Shown: piece after piece, positions 26,438 to 35,700 of the stretch
Numbering within the stretch: the stretch's first letter is position 1
Layout of the letters: every line of letters begins with the position of its first letter
NCBI GenBank assembly: GCA_035760085.1
Contig: DASTTS010000515.1
Span: forward strand, 1 to 43,803
From: Pyrinomonadaceae bacterium
GTDB taxonomy: Bacteria; Acidobacteriota; Blastocatellia; Pyrinomonadales; Pyrinomonadaceae
Direction: 5' to 3'
DNA: 43,803 nt
Notes under the pieces: model-generated
The model's input: the letters and a program-made list of their open reading frames with translations, nothing else
Told to the model about the DNA's origin: nothing
The model's database searches: none
Translations under genes and position numbers: made by a program

Positions 26438-27688
26438 ATGGCTAGCGAGATTACAGATGTAGCAAAACAAGCTACCAAAACAACAGCGCCCGACAAACTG
26501 CTCGAAGGTCTCGTAAACTACGATCCTGTACCTGCGCCAGTTATCAGTCTTTACCTGGACGCGCGCGTGGATCAACATGGTCAACGAACCTTCCTTCCCT
26601 TCGTGCGCAAACAGCTTTCAGAACGAAGCAAGACATACGAGAACCAGTCAGACGAACAAAAGAGTTTCGACGAAGACTTCGTAAGGATCCTGCGTTACCT
26701 CGAAAACGAAGTACCGCCGCCAGTGCAAGGAATCGCGATCTTCGCTTGCTCGGCTGATAGTGACTGGTTTGTAGTCGGACTATTTGAAGCGCCATTCGAG
26801 CGGAACCGGTTGTTCGTTTCCGATCGACCACATCTCTATCCACTGGCGCGGCTCGTCGATCAATATAGACGCTACGCCGTTGTGCTCGCCGACACGAACC
26901 GCGCGCAGATCTTCGTCTTCGCCGCGAACCGCGCCGTTCAGCGCGAAGAGTTACAGAATGTCAAGACGAAACATACGAAGGTTGGTGGCTGGTCGCAGGC
27001 GCGCTACCAGCGTCACGAACAGAACTACCACCTCAAGCACGCGAAGGAAGTTGTCGACAATCTTGAAAGGATTGTGCGCGAGGAGAATGTCGAGCACGTC
27101 ATTCTCGCCGGAGACGAAGCGACCGTGATCCCGCTACTTCGGGAGCAGATGCCAAAGATGCTGGAAGAAAAAGTCATCGAGGCGCTCAGTCTCGGCATCG
27201 ACACACCTGAGCACGAGCTGCTCGAAGAATCGATGACAGCGTTTCAACGTCACGATTCGCTCACCGACATGGAGAAGGTTGAACGGTTGTTGAATGAGTA
27301 CCGTGCGGACGATCTTGGTGTGGCCGGTGTCGCGGAGACGCTCGCCGCGTTGTCGAACGGCCAGGTGGAAGAGATGCTGATCGCGGCGAAGGCCGAGAGC
27401 CTTCAGTTCGACAAGGAAGAAGTTGAAAAGGTGTTGAAGCTTTACGACGTGGATGGCGCGGTGCCTGAAGAACTGGACCAGCGCACGGTTGCGGACGAGC
27501 TGGTGCGTCGTGCGAATGTTTTGTCGTCGGCGCGCGTGACGTTCATTGAAGACAGTACGCGGCTTGAGAGGCTTGGTGGTGTTGGCGCGTTCCTGCGTTA
27601 CCGGATCTCTGAGGAGAACGCGGCGCCATACGAGCAGAGCGATTCAGTGCCACGCGCGAAAGCACTGACGACGACACAAACTAATTGA
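26438..27688 (+). CDS. Bacterial eRF1/Pelota/Vms1-like (baeRF1-type) protein, putative peptidyl-tRNA hydrolase or ribosome-rescue factor
   Basis: ORF 26375..27688 trimmed to ATG 26438. The central KVGGWSQARYQRHEQNYHLKHAKEV aligns by eye with eRF1 [25 protein letters not shown]. The C-terminal part GVAGVAETLAALSNGQVEEMLIA resembles eRF1 domain 3. Confidence 0.7.
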   Translation: MASEITDVAKQATKTTAPDKLLEGLVNYDPVPAPVISLYLDARVDQHGQRTFLPFVRKQLSERSKTYENQSDEQKSFDEDFVRILRYLENEVPPPVQGIAIFACSADSDWFVVGLFEAPFERNRLFVSDRPHLYPLARLVDQYRRYAVVLADTNRAQIFVFAANRAVQREELQNVKTKHTKVGGWSQARYQRHEQNYHLKHAKEVVDNLERIVREENVEHVILAGDEATVIPLLREQMPKMLEEKVIEALSLGIDTPEHELLEESMTAFQRHDSLTDMEKVERLLNEYRADDLGVAGVAETLAALSNGQVEEMLIAAKAESLQFDKEEVEKVLKLYDVDGAVPEELDQRTVADELVRRANVLSSARVTFIEDSTRLERLGGVGAFLRYRISEENAAPYEQSDSVPRAKALTTTQTN

Positions 27689-27702
27689 CCGAGGGGGTTG
27701 CA

Positions 27703-27864
27703 ATGTCAGACAAAGATCGGCAAAAGAAAGATCATCAGCGGACGGACAAGAAAAACAAGGCCATGCGCGAGCACGAAAACCCGCGCGTGCAACGTGCTAA
27801 CCCACCGCAGCAAGCAAGAGATGAGTCAAACTTAACCGACACGGAACCCGCGCCCGAGAGATAA
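27703..27864 (+). CDS. Unannotated 53-codon highly charged small ORF downstream of the eRF1-like gene
   Basis: ATG 27703 lies 14 nt after the upstream stop and is preceded by GAGGGGG. The product is MSDKDRQKKDHQRTDKKNKAMREHENPRVQRANPPQQARDESNLTDTEPAPER. The TAA (27862-27864) comes immediately before the family D hairpin. It is below the ORF-track length cut-off. Confidence 0.5.
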   Translation: MSDKDRQKKDHQRTDKKNKAMREHENPRVQRANPPQQARDESNLTDTEPAPER

Positions 27865-27866
27865 TC

Positions 27867-27956
27867 TCTCGCGCAAAGGCGCAAAGGCGCAAAGAAGACA
27901 CAAGGCCCTTCGGGAGCGCTTGCGTCTTCTTTGCGCCTTTGCGCCTTTGCGCGAGA
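27867..27956. repeat. Family D (GGCGCAAAG-word) palindrome, copy 1; bidirectional terminator candidate
   Basis: 38-nt arms TCTCGCGCAAAGGCGCAAAGGCGCAAAGAAGAC(A/G)CAAG with 1 mismatch. The loop GCCCTTCGGGAGCG contains a UUCG-type tetraloop. It lies between convergent genes. Confidence 0.9.
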
Positions 27957-27965
27957 AAAACTTCT

Positions 27966-29294
27966 TCAGGAAACTGCGCGGTCGGTAATCTCCAAACCTT
28001 TATCAATGATCGCGAACGCCTCGCGCAACTCGTGCTCCGTAATGCACAGGGGCGGATTTGTGAAGAACGTGTTCCACCGAACAAATGTGTACAGCCCTTC
28101 CTGACGGAAGAACTTCCCGAGTGCCTGCATCTCCGGCGACGCGCTGTTGAAACCGGCCATCGGTTCGCGCGTCTCTTTATTTCGCACGATCTCAACAATC
28201 CCAAAGAGCCCAATGTTTCGCGTGGCACCCACTGATGGATGTCGTTGTTGGAGATCCTCGAGCAGTCCGCGCATGACCGTCCCCATCTTCCGCGCGTTCT
28301 CGATGAGGTTGTCTTCTTCGTAGACGGAGATGTTTGCCAGCGCCGCTGCGCAGGCAAGCGGGTGGCTGTTGTAAGTCAAACCACCGTAGAAAACATTCTT
28401 CTCAAAGTGATCCGCGATCTGGCGTCGCATACCGACGGCGCCGAGTTGCACGTACGCACTCGTCAAACCCTTCGCCATCGTGATCAGATCGGGAACGACT
28501 TTCCAGTGATCGATCGAGAACCACTCTCCGGTACGACCAAAACCTGCCATCACTTCATCAGCGATCAAAAGGATGCCGTGTTTGTCGCACAGCGCGCGCA
28601 GGCCCTGCATGTAACCATCAGGCGGAATGAGAACTCCGTTCGTACCAACCACCGGCTCGACGATCAGAGCAGCGATCGTCTTTGCACCTTCGAGCTCCAA
28701 CACTTCTTCAGTGCGTGCGAGCACGTCTTCGGTTGTGTCCCAACCTCTTTGAATACCGTGATAGTAATCAGGAATGCGAAACACTCCGGGAATGCCTGGC
28801 TCAGCAGCCCAGCGGCGCGGATCGCCTGTCAGCGTTAAGGCGCCCGCCGTGCCGCCGTGATACGAGCGATAACGCGCGCCGATCTTGTGGCGTCCGGTGT
28901 AAAGTCGTGCGATGCGGATCGCGTTTTCGTTTGATTCGGCGCCGCCATTCGTGAAGAAGAACGCGTCGATGTCGCCCGGCGTCAGTTCGGCAAGCTTCAC
29001 GCTGAGACGCGCGCGCACTTCTGTCGCCATGAACGGATTGGCGTAAGAAAGCACTTCAGCCTGATCTTTGATCGCCTGGATCACACGCTCATCGCCGTGA
29101 CCGATGTTGACGCACATGAGCTGACTGTTGAAGTCGATGAAGCGTTTGCCTTCGGGCGTCCAAAAATAGATGCCCTTCGCGCGCGCGACGGGAATCGGAT
29201 CGACCGCAGCCTGGGCGGACCATTCGAAGAGAGTGTGGCGACGACAGGTTTCGACGATCTGCTCGCCTGTCATGGTATCGGCAGTGGTTGTCAT
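27966..29294 (-). CDS. Class III PLP-dependent aminotransferase (omega-aminotransferase type)
   Basis: ORF 27966..29333 (TTG) trimmed to ATG 29294. Motifs are NGGAESNENAIRIAR, IADEVMAGFGRTG and ITMAKGLTSAY (PLP-lysine context). Confidence 0.85.
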   Translation of the reverse strand: MTTTADTMTGEQIVETCRRHTLFEWSAQAAVDPIPVARAKGIYFWTPEGKRFIDFNSQLMCVNIGHGDERVIQAIKDQAEVLSYANPFMATEVRARLSVKLAELTPGDIDAFFFTNGGAESNENAIRIARLYTGRHKIGARYRSYHGGTAGALTLTGDPRRWAAEPGIPGVFRIPDYYHGIQRGWDTTEDVLARTEEVLELEGAKTIAALIVEPVVGTNGVLIPPDGYMQGLRALCDKHGILLIADEVMAGFGRTGEWFSIDHWKVVPDLITMAKGLTSAYVQLGAVGMRRQIADHFEKNVFYGGLTYNSHPLACAAALANISVYEEDNLIENARKMGTVMRGLLEDLQQRHPSVGATRNIGLFGIVEIVRNKETREPMAGFNSASPEMQALGKFFRQEGLYTFVRWNTFFTNPPLCITEHELREAFAIIDKGLEITDRAVS

Positions 29295-29338
29295 AATGTT
29301 GGCGATGCTAACGAAATCATCTGTGATTGACAATCATT

Positions 29339-29372
29339 GGACAGGATTTCAGGATTTACAAGATTACAGGAT
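29339..29372 (+). repeat. Family A half-element in a divergent promoter gap
   Basis: GGACAGGATTTCAGGATTTACAAGATTACAGGAT. It ends 14 nt before the dehydratase ATG. Confidence 0.8.
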
Positions 29373-29385
29373 ACTCTTCCTGCAT

Positions 29386-30321
29386 ATGAACAACGGAACC
29401 AAACTCTCGCGCGAACGAATTCAAGCAACTGAACGTGTGATCCGTCCGTACATCCGCCGCACTCCGATCCTCGAAGTCGACGGCGTGGACTTCGGACTTG
29501 ATTCGATCAAGATCACTTTCAAGCTCGAGCTCTTTCAACACGGTGGCTCATTCAAAGCACGCGGTGCGTTCACAAACATGCTTACGCGCAACGTTCCCGC
29601 GGCGGGCGTCGTCGCTGCATCCGGCGGTAATCACGGCGTCGCCGTCGCCTTCGCTGCGATGAGGCTCGGCAAACCCGCCACGATCTTCGTGCCCTCAGTT
29701 GCATCAAAAACAAAACTCGATCGCATTCGCCAGTACGGAGCCGAGCTCGTCATCGCAGGTGATCGCTACGCCGAATCACTAGAAGCCAGCGAAGTATGGA
29801 CCACGCAGTCAGGCGCACTGCCGATTCACGCGTACGAAGGAGATGAAACGCTGTTGGGCCAGGGCACGTTGGGATTGGAACTGGAAGAACAAGCCCCCGG
29901 GCTCGACTCGCTGCTTGTGGCTGTTGGTGGTGGTGGATTAATCGGCGGTGTCGCAGCGTGGTATCAAAACAGGACCAAGGTCATCTCAATTGAACCGACT
30001 GAAGCGCCGACGCTACAACGTGCATTGAGCGCTGGTCGACCAGTCGATTCACCGGCGGGTGGCATCGCCGCCGACTCACTCGCGCCTAAGCAAGTCGGTC
30101 AGCAGATGTTTCCGATCGCACAAAAGTTTGTGCACAGCGCCCTGCTTGTTTCAGATGAAGAGATCATCAACGCACAGAAGAGACTCTGGGAAACGACGCG
30201 AATCATCGCCGAGCCCGGCGGCGCCACCGCCTTCGCTGCATTGCTATCAGGTATATATAAACCCGCGGCTGGCGAGCGAGTCGGTGTGATCGTCTGTGGT
30301 GGAAATACAAACATCCTGTAA
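29386..30321 (+). CDS. PLP-dependent threonine/serine dehydratase family enzyme (fold type II)
   Basis: ORF 29170..30321 trimmed to ATG 29386, because the extension overlaps the aminotransferase gene. Motifs are FKLELFQHGGSFKARGA (PLP lysine), ASGGNHG and GGGGLIGG. Confidence 0.8.
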   Translation: MNNGTKLSRERIQATERVIRPYIRRTPILEVDGVDFGLDSIKITFKLELFQHGGSFKARGAFTNMLTRNVPAAGVVAASGGNHGVAVAFAAMRLGKPATIFVPSVASKTKLDRIRQYGAELVIAGDRYAESLEASEVWTTQSGALPIHAYEGDETLLGQGTLGLELEEQAPGLDSLLVAVGGGGLIGGVAAWYQNRTKVISIEPTEAPTLQRALSAGRPVDSPAGGIAADSLAPKQVGQQMFPIAQKFVHSALLVSDEEIINAQKRLWETTRIIAEPGGATAFAALLSGIYKPAAGERVGVIVCGGNTNIL

Positions 30322-30362
30322 TCCCGTAAATCCTGTCATCCTGTCTAACAGACTGACAGGAT
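30313..30362 (-). repeat. Family A element (complement orientation) with terminal small hairpin
   Basis: ATCCTGTAATCCCGTAAATCCTGTCATCCTGTC taacagac tGACAGGAT. It overlaps the last codons and TAA stop of the dehydratase. Confidence 0.8.
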
Positions 30363-30380
30363 CAACATCATCGACCGGAT

Positions 30381-32774
30381 TTAACCCGCATCCAACACTT
30401 CTCTAACTTTCAGCGCAAGCGCACCCGGCGTAAACGGTTTCTGTAGAAAATTAATCCCCGGCTCGAGCACGCCATGCTGCACGATCGCATCATCCGTGTA
30501 TCCCGACATGTAAAGCACAGGCATTCCCGGCTGCTTCGCCAGCAGGATCCGCGACATATCGTTCCCGCTCATCCCGGGCATGATCACATCCGTCAACAAC
30601 AGATCGATCTTGTCGCCATTAATCTTTTCACACAACGTAATCGCCGCTTCAGGACTCGCCGCTTCTAACACGCGATAACCAGCACCTTCGAGCACCTGGC
30701 GCGCAAGATTCCGCACGAGCTCCGCGTCTTCAACCAGCAAAATCGTTTCGGAGCCACGTGGCCCATCCAGGCCTCCGGAAGTACGCTTGTATTCGTCAGC
30801 ATGGGCCGTCACTCTCGGAAAGTAGACCTTGAACGTCGTTCCTCTTCCCTCTTCGCTGTACACCCAGATGTTGCCGCCCGACTGCCTGACAATGCCATAG
30901 ACCATCGAGAGGCCAAGGCCCGTTCCCTTTCCTTGTTCTTTCGTCGTGAAAAACGGCTCGAAAATGTGCAGCCGCGTTTCTTCGTTCATGCCACAGCCGG
31001 TATCGCTAATCGCAAGCATCACGTAATCACCTGGAACCACCGAAACGTGTTCGCGCGCATAAGCCTCATCGAGATAGACGTTGTTCGTTTCGATCGACAA
31101 CTTCCCACCGCGCGGCATCGCATCGCGAGCATTCACCACGAGGTTCATGATCACCTGTTCCAGTTGCACCGGATCGGCTTTGATATGGTCCAACTCATCC
31201 CGCAAACCTACGCGCAGCTCGATGTCTTCACCGATCATGCGCCGCAGCATCTTCTCGAGATCGCTGACAACCGTGTTCAGATCAAAAACTTTCGGCTGCA
31301 TGACCTGCTTGCGACTGAACGCCAACAGTTGTCGCGTGAGTGAAGCCGCACGCTCGCTGGCCCTGACGATCTCCTCGACATTGCGTCGCAGCGGATGGCC
31401 GTCTTGCAAGTTGCGCTTCATGATGTCGCTGTAACCGAGGATCACTGTCAGCAGGTTGTTGAAGTCGTGTGAGATGCCACCGGCGAGTCGACCAACGGCT
31501 TCGAGTTTTTGCGACTGGAGCAACTGCTTCTCGGTATGGTGCAAAGCTTCGAGCGCGTCAGTGCGTTCCTTCTCGGCTACGGTGCGCTTTTGCGCATGTG
31601 CTTCCGAGAGCAGCTCGAGCTGTCGATTAGCTTCTTCAAGTTGTGCCGTTCGTTCCTGGACCTTGCTTTCGAGCTCGCGTTGCGAGACGCCCAACTTCTC
31701 CACCATCGTGTTGAATGCTTTTGCGAGTTGACCGATTTCGTCACCCTGGTGGATGTCGACCGTGCGCGAATGATCGCCGCGACTGATCGCCGTAGCGCTT
31801 CCCGTTAACTGGTACAACGGCCCGGTAATTTTCCGACTGAGCACAAACGCGCCTGCTATTCCCATCACAAACAAAAACAGACTGATGATGGTCACTCGCG
31901 TCATGAATCCACTGACGGGCTTGAGTACTACGTCATCAGGAAATTCGATCAGTAACATCCACGGTGTGCCGGCAACCGGGCGGGCGAGACCAATCACACG
32001 TGTGTTTCCATTACGATCACCATTTCGATCGTACGCAAGGATATCTGTTTTCGCGCGAACATCTACCGAAGGCTTGGCGACGATGTTTGCGAGATCGGTC
32101 CATGTCTCGTTATCGTGATTGCCGAGATAGAGCGTGGCGCTCGTGCCGAGCAGTCGCGTCATTTGTTGCCGCGTGTCGGCATTGGCGGAGAGCTTCCGCC
32201 AGCGGACCAGATAACCGGCGACCTTTCCGTCGTCGCTCTTGATCGCGGCGAGCGCTGGAAAGCCGATCGCGTCTTTCAACTGTCGAATCGTGCCGACTGC
32301 TTTGAATGGTTCGGACGATGTTTGTTTGAACTCGTTCGCTAGATCGCCGAGCGGCGTCGTGTCGCCTTCGGGCGAGACGAGTAGGAGTGTGCCTTGCGCG
32401 TTATACAGCTCCACCCGGATGCTGTTCGCATCCTGCGGCGCATGGAACTGTTGTAATAACTTCTGAACGTCGGCTGGCGATGTAGTGTCAGGAGACTTCA
32501 CGAACGCACGCAGCGCGGGTTCGTTTGCAACGGTAGCCGTCTTCGTCAGGATGTTGCCGGCTGACTGCTGTAAGAGCGTCGAGAGCTGCTGCGTCAGGTT
32601 TTGTAAACGCTCGCGGCCGACGTCGAGTGCGGAGGCCTTGACCGCGCGGTATGAGGCCCAGTTACACGCCAGGATAATCGCCGCCAGGAGTGTGCCAATG
32701 AGGATAGGCAGACGATATTTGAACGAAATATTTGAGAGGGACCAGCGGCTTTGCCAGTTCCCGGGGCGTTCCAT
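30381..32774 (-). CDS. Hybrid sensor histidine kinase / response regulator (periplasmic sensor, HAMP, HisKA, HATPase_c, REC)
   Basis: ORF 30381..32837 trimmed to ATG 32774. Two TM helices flank a sensor domain of about 270 aa. The HAMP reads [18 protein letters not shown], the H-box [18 protein letters not shown], and the G-boxes DTGCGM and GTGLGLSMV. The C-terminal REC domain reads [10 protein letters not shown]...[13 protein letters not shown]. Confidence 0.85.
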   Translation of the reverse strand: MERPGNWQSRWSLSNISFKYRLPILIGTLLAAIILACNWASYRAVKASALDVGRERLQNLTQQLSTLLQQSAGNILTKTATVANEPALRAFVKSPDTTSPADVQKLLQQFHAPQDANSIRVELYNAQGTLLLVSPEGDTTPLGDLANEFKQTSSEPFKAVGTIRQLKDAIGFPALAAIKSDDGKVAGYLVRWRKLSANADTRQQMTRLLGTSATLYLGNHDNETWTDLANIVAKPSVDVRAKTDILAYDRNGDRNGNTRVIGLARPVAGTPWMLLIEFPDDVVLKPVSGFMTRVTIISLFLFVMGIAGAFVLSRKITGPLYQLTGSATAISRGDHSRTVDIHQGDEIGQLAKAFNTMVEKLGVSQRELESKVQERTAQLEEANRQLELLSEAHAQKRTVAEKERTDALEALHHTEKQLLQSQKLEAVGRLAGGISHDFNNLLTVILGYSDIMKRNLQDGHPLRRNVEEIVRASERAASLTRQLLAFSRKQVMQPKVFDLNTVVSDLEKMLRRMIGEDIELRVGLRDELDHIKADPVQLEQVIMNLVVNARDAMPRGGKLSIETNNVYLDEAYAREHVSVVPGDYVMLAISDTGCGMNEETRLHIFEPFFTTKEQGKGTGLGLSMVYGIVRQSGGNIWVYSEEGRGTTFKVYFPRVTAHADEYKRTSGGLDGPRGSETILLVEDAELVRNLARQVLEGAGYRVLEAASPEAAITLCEKINGDKIDLLLTDVIMPGMSGNDMSRILLAKQPGMPVLYMSGYTDDAIVQHGVLEPGINFLQKPFTPGALALKVREVLDAG

Positions 32775-33037
32775 AGGGCACCTTCCGATCGTTGTACACC
32801 ACCGGGGAGACCCCGGCCGTAAGCAATCTGCCGTCAAAAAACGGCTGGGCGCTTATTGGGAGTATTCAACTGGGAGGTTCAGCACTCGCTAAGGCGAGTA
32901 CTGGGAGGCAAGAACGAAACTTACGTTGAAAGAATAAAATCAGGTGAGTTAATAGGTCAAGAGGGAGTTTTGACCCAGCCGCGTGGATTGGCCCGCAGGA
33001 CCACCATCGCGGGCGATTGCATGGACGGTCAAAGGGG

Positions 33038-33127
33038 CAACTGGAGGGGCGGCCCTTCGTGGCCGCCCCAGTGTCCCACATTGTGTTTCCGCGCTGGGGC
33101 GGCCACGGAGGGCCGCCCCTACAGTTG
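33038..33127 (+). repeat. Family E 90-nt GC-rich double-hairpin element, copy 2
   Basis: CAACTGGAGGGGCGGCCCTTCGTGGCCGCCCCAGTGTCCCACATTGTGTTTCCGCGCTGGGGCGGCCACGGAGGGCCGCCCCTACAGTTG. Same orientation as copy 1. Confidence 0.9.
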
Positions 33128-33363
33128 TTGGTTAACCGTCTCCATAACTTCGTGGGCGGCGCGGAGGCCGGTTGCGAGGGCGCTCCGCGAAACTTTGATC
33201 CTTTCCTGAGTAATGGCTCATCTCATCCATCGCCGCTTCTACCTTGGACCAGAACTCACTGGACTTTGTAAGCACGGCGTTGTGCAGGTGCCAGTGAAGG
33301 TTCTCTCGCGACCGCGAGTCCGGCTGTACCTGCTCCGATAACTATTATGTCGGCTTCGTACAT
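33128..33363 (-). pseudogene. Decayed remnant of an FAD-dependent (amine-oxidase-like) oxidoreductase gene
   Basis: From ATG 33363 the frame reads MYEADIIVIGAGTAGLAVARE (GxGxxG FAD fold) and stops after 35 codons. A second frame reads ...FWSKVEAAMDEMSHYSGKDQSFAE. A third reads SALATGLRAAHEVMETVNQQL, a typical C-terminal helix of flavin amine oxidases. About 80 codons are left of an expected 400 or more, and the remnant ends at the family E repeat. Confidence 0.5.
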
Positions 33364-33368
33364 ACGCA

Positions 33369-33416
33369 GACAGGATTACAGGACTATGATGATGAACAAG
33401 ATGCCAAAATCTTGAA
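33369..33416 (+). repeat. Family A half-element plus small CAAGAT/ATCTTG hairpin
   Basis: GACAGGATTACAGGAC ... CAAGATgccaaaATCTTG, upstream of the amylase gene. Confidence 0.65.
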
Positions 33417-33450
33417 AAATCGTGTAATAACTCGTGACGGAGGATTTCTC

Positions 33451-35595
33451 ATGCTAAAGCTCTCACGGCGACTATCAGTTGTCGCACTTCTCTTCTCAAC
33501 TCTTTTCACATCAATAACAATCACACGCGCGGCAGACTTCAAGCGCGAAGTCATCTATCAAATCATCACCGATCGATTCTTCGATGGCAGCAGCACAAAC
33601 AACAATCCCTCGCAGAGCTCCGGGCTCTACGATTCAACGAAAACCAACTGGCGGGCTTACTGGGGCGGCGATCTCGCGGGTATTCAACAGAAGATGTCGT
33701 ATCTTGCGGGACTAGGCGTAACCGCGATCTGGATTTCCCCACCAGTCGACAATCTCAACACAAACATTCCTGACGGCGGCGGCAATCCGACCGCTTCATA
33801 TCACGGTTACCAGGCGCGCGACTTCAAACGCATCGAGGAACACTTCGGCAACTCGAGTAATACGTGGACCGAGTTTGACAACCTCGTCAGCGCCGCGCAT
33901 TCAAATGGAATCAAAGTCATCATCGACTTTGCGCCCAATCACTCGACGCAAAACAACGCCGGTGAGTATGGCGCTCTCTACGATAACGGCACGTTTCTCG
34001 GCAACTTCACCAGCGACAGCAACGGTTACTTTCATCACAACGCCAATATCTCGGGCGGCGGCTGGGACGATCGCTATCAGGTGCAGTACTACACGCTCTT
34101 CGATCTAGCTGACATCAACCAGGAAAATTCCACGATGGATTCTTATCTGAAAGCGGCGGCGCAATTGTTCCAACAACACGGCGTGGACGGCTTCCGGATC
34201 GATGCAGTCAAGCACCTGACCTGGGGTTGGCAGTACAGTCTCGCAAACTCGATTTACACCTACGGCGACAGCTTCCTGTTTGGTGAGTGGTACCAGGGCA
34301 ACACGTCTGATCCGCTTTATCGCGACTCATATAAGTTCGCTAACAAGAGTGGTATCTCGCTGCTCGATTTTCCGTTGAACACTGCGATTCGGAACGTCTT
34401 CGGCTCGAATGCGAACTTCTCCGAGATCGATTCGGTCATCTCGACGGAGGGAAGTAACTTTACGTGGAAGGAAGATCTCGTCACGTTCATCGACAATCAC
34501 GACATGTCGCGCTTCCTTTCACTCAACAATAACAACAACCGTTTGCACGAAGCGCTCGCATTCACCCTCACGAGTCGAGGCATCCCGTGCATTTACTACG
34601 GCACTGAACAATACCTGCACAACGACACGAGCGGCGGCACCGATCCGTACAACCGCCCGATGATGGTCAACTTCAGCACTTCGACGACGGCCTACCAGCT
34701 CACCAGCAGTCTCTCAACACTTCGTCGCAACAACCCTGCGATTCCGTACGGCTCGATGGGCCAGCGTTGGATGAACAACGACGTCTACATCTACGAACGA
34801 AAGTTCTTCGGCAACGTCGTGCTGATCGCGATCAATAAGAATGAGACGACGGGCTACAGCATTAGCGGCTTGAACACGTCGTTGCCCGCCGGCGGTTATT
34901 CGGATTACTTGAGTGGTCTGCTCGGCGGATCGTCGATCACAGTGAGCACTGGATCGGGTGGTAACAATCCCGTCACCACTTTCACTCTTCCGGCACACAC
35001 TGTTGCTGTCTGGCAGTTCACTGAAGGTGCGTCGACTCCGCAGATCGGCTCGATTGGACCAACGAACGGCCAATCAGGTGTGAAGGTCGTTATCGCGGGT
35101 AAGAACTTCGGCACGACGACCGGGACCGTGAAGTTTGGGACAACTACAGCAACGGTGAACTCGTGGTCAGCGACGCAGATCACGGCAACCACGCCTTCCG
35201 TCACGAACGGTAACTACAGCGTCACCGTGACGAATTCGAGTAATCAGGTTTCGAACTCGATCCAGTACACAGTTTTAACAGCCAAGCTGATTCCCATCAC
35301 GTTCACGGTTAACAACGCGAGTCCGACGCAGGTCGGCGACTATATTTTCCTCACCGGAAACACGATCGAGCTGAGCAACTGGGCGACAACGTGGGATGCC
35401 GCCGTCGGGCCGATGTTGACGCCGAATTATCCGAACTGGTTCATCGTCTCCTCAGTTCCGGCGGGGCAGACAATTCAGTTCAAATTCATCAAGATCGCGG
35501 CAAATGGCACCGTTACCTGGGAAGCCGGGAGTAACCATTCCTACACCGTCCCTACGAGCGGAACCGGCTTCGTGAACGTGAATTGGCAGTATTGA
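33451..35595 (+). CDS. Secreted GH13 alpha-amylase-family enzyme with CGTase/maltogenic-amylase-like layout (catalytic A/B/C + IPT/TIG + CBM20)
   Basis: ORF 33412..35595 trimmed to ATG 33451 (GGAGGA upstream), giving signal peptide ...LFTSITITRA. The GH13 regions are DFAPNH, GFRIDAVKH, FGEWY and FIDNHD. An IPT-like PQIGSIGPTNGQSGVKVVIAGKNFG follows. The C-terminal starch-binding-like segment reads IPITFTVNNA..GDYIFLTGN..ELSNW. Confidence 0.85.
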   Translation: MLKLSRRLSVVALLFSTLFTSITITRAADFKREVIYQIITDRFFDGSSTNNNPSQSSGLYDSTKTNWRAYWGGDLAGIQQKMSYLAGLGVTAIWISPPVDNLNTNIPDGGGNPTASYHGYQARDFKRIEEHFGNSSNTWTEFDNLVSAAHSNGIKVIIDFAPNHSTQNNAGEYGALYDNGTFLGNFTSDSNGYFHHNANISGGGWDDRYQVQYYTLFDLADINQENSTMDSYLKAAAQLFQQHGVDGFRIDAVKHLTWGWQYSLANSIYTYGDSFLFGEWYQGNTSDPLYRDSYKFANKSGISLLDFPLNTAIRNVFGSNANFSEIDSVISTEGSNFTWKEDLVTFIDNHDMSRFLSLNNNNNRLHEALAFTLTSRGIPCIYYGTEQYLHNDTSGGTDPYNRPMMVNFSTSTTAYQLTSSLSTLRRNNPAIPYGSMGQRWMNNDVYIYERKFFGNVVLIAINKNETTGYSISGLNTSLPAGGYSDYLSGLLGGSSITVSTGSGGNNPVTTFTLPAHTVAVWQFTEGASTPQIGSIGPTNGQSGVKVVIAGKNFGTTTGTVKFGTTTATVNSWSATQITATTPSVTNGNYSVTVTNSSNQVSNSIQYTVLTAKLIPITFTVNNASPTQVGDYIFLTGNTIELSNWATTWDAAVGPMLTPNYPNWFIVSSVPAGQTIQFKFIKIAANGTVTWEAGSNHSYTVPTSGTGFVNVNWQY

Positions 35596-35596
35596 G

Positions 35597-35660
35597 CCAC
35601 GGATAAACACTGATCAGAGCCGCGGATCAAATCCGTGGCTTTGATCTGTGTAATGTGTGG
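35597..35660. repeat. Family B palindromic element; terminator candidate after the amylase gene
   Basis: CCACGGATAAACACTGATCAGAGCCGCGGAT caa ATCCGTGGCTTTGATCTGTGTAATGTGTGG. It starts 2 nt after the stop. Confidence 0.85.
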
Positions 35661-35671
35661 TTAAAAACCTC

Positions 35672-35700
35672 TTGACACCCTATCCTCAACGAATTAAAGT
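35672..35700 (+). promoter_or_regulatory. Sigma70-like promoter candidate for mreB
   Basis: TTGACA (35672-35677), a 17-nt spacer, then TAAAGT (35695-35700). Confidence 0.45.

Noticed and set aside
27797-28838. ORFs 27797..28357 (-, 186 aa) and 28239..28838 (+, 199 aa)
   Set aside because: They are alternative or antisense frames of the class III aminotransferase CDS, and the first also reads through the family D palindrome. Their composition is Arg-rich and non-protein-like.
29170-29385. Apparent 216-nt overlap between the dehydratase ORF and the aminotransferase gene
   Set aside because: This is an artefact of the upstream in-frame extension of the ORF. The conserved dehydratase N-terminus begins at ATG 29386, leaving a normal divergent intergenic gap.
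32856-33271. ORFs 32856..33209, 32866..33081 and 33017..33271
   Set aside because: They are translations of the second family E repeat copy and of the antisense strand of the decayed oxidoreductase remnant. They are not independent genes.
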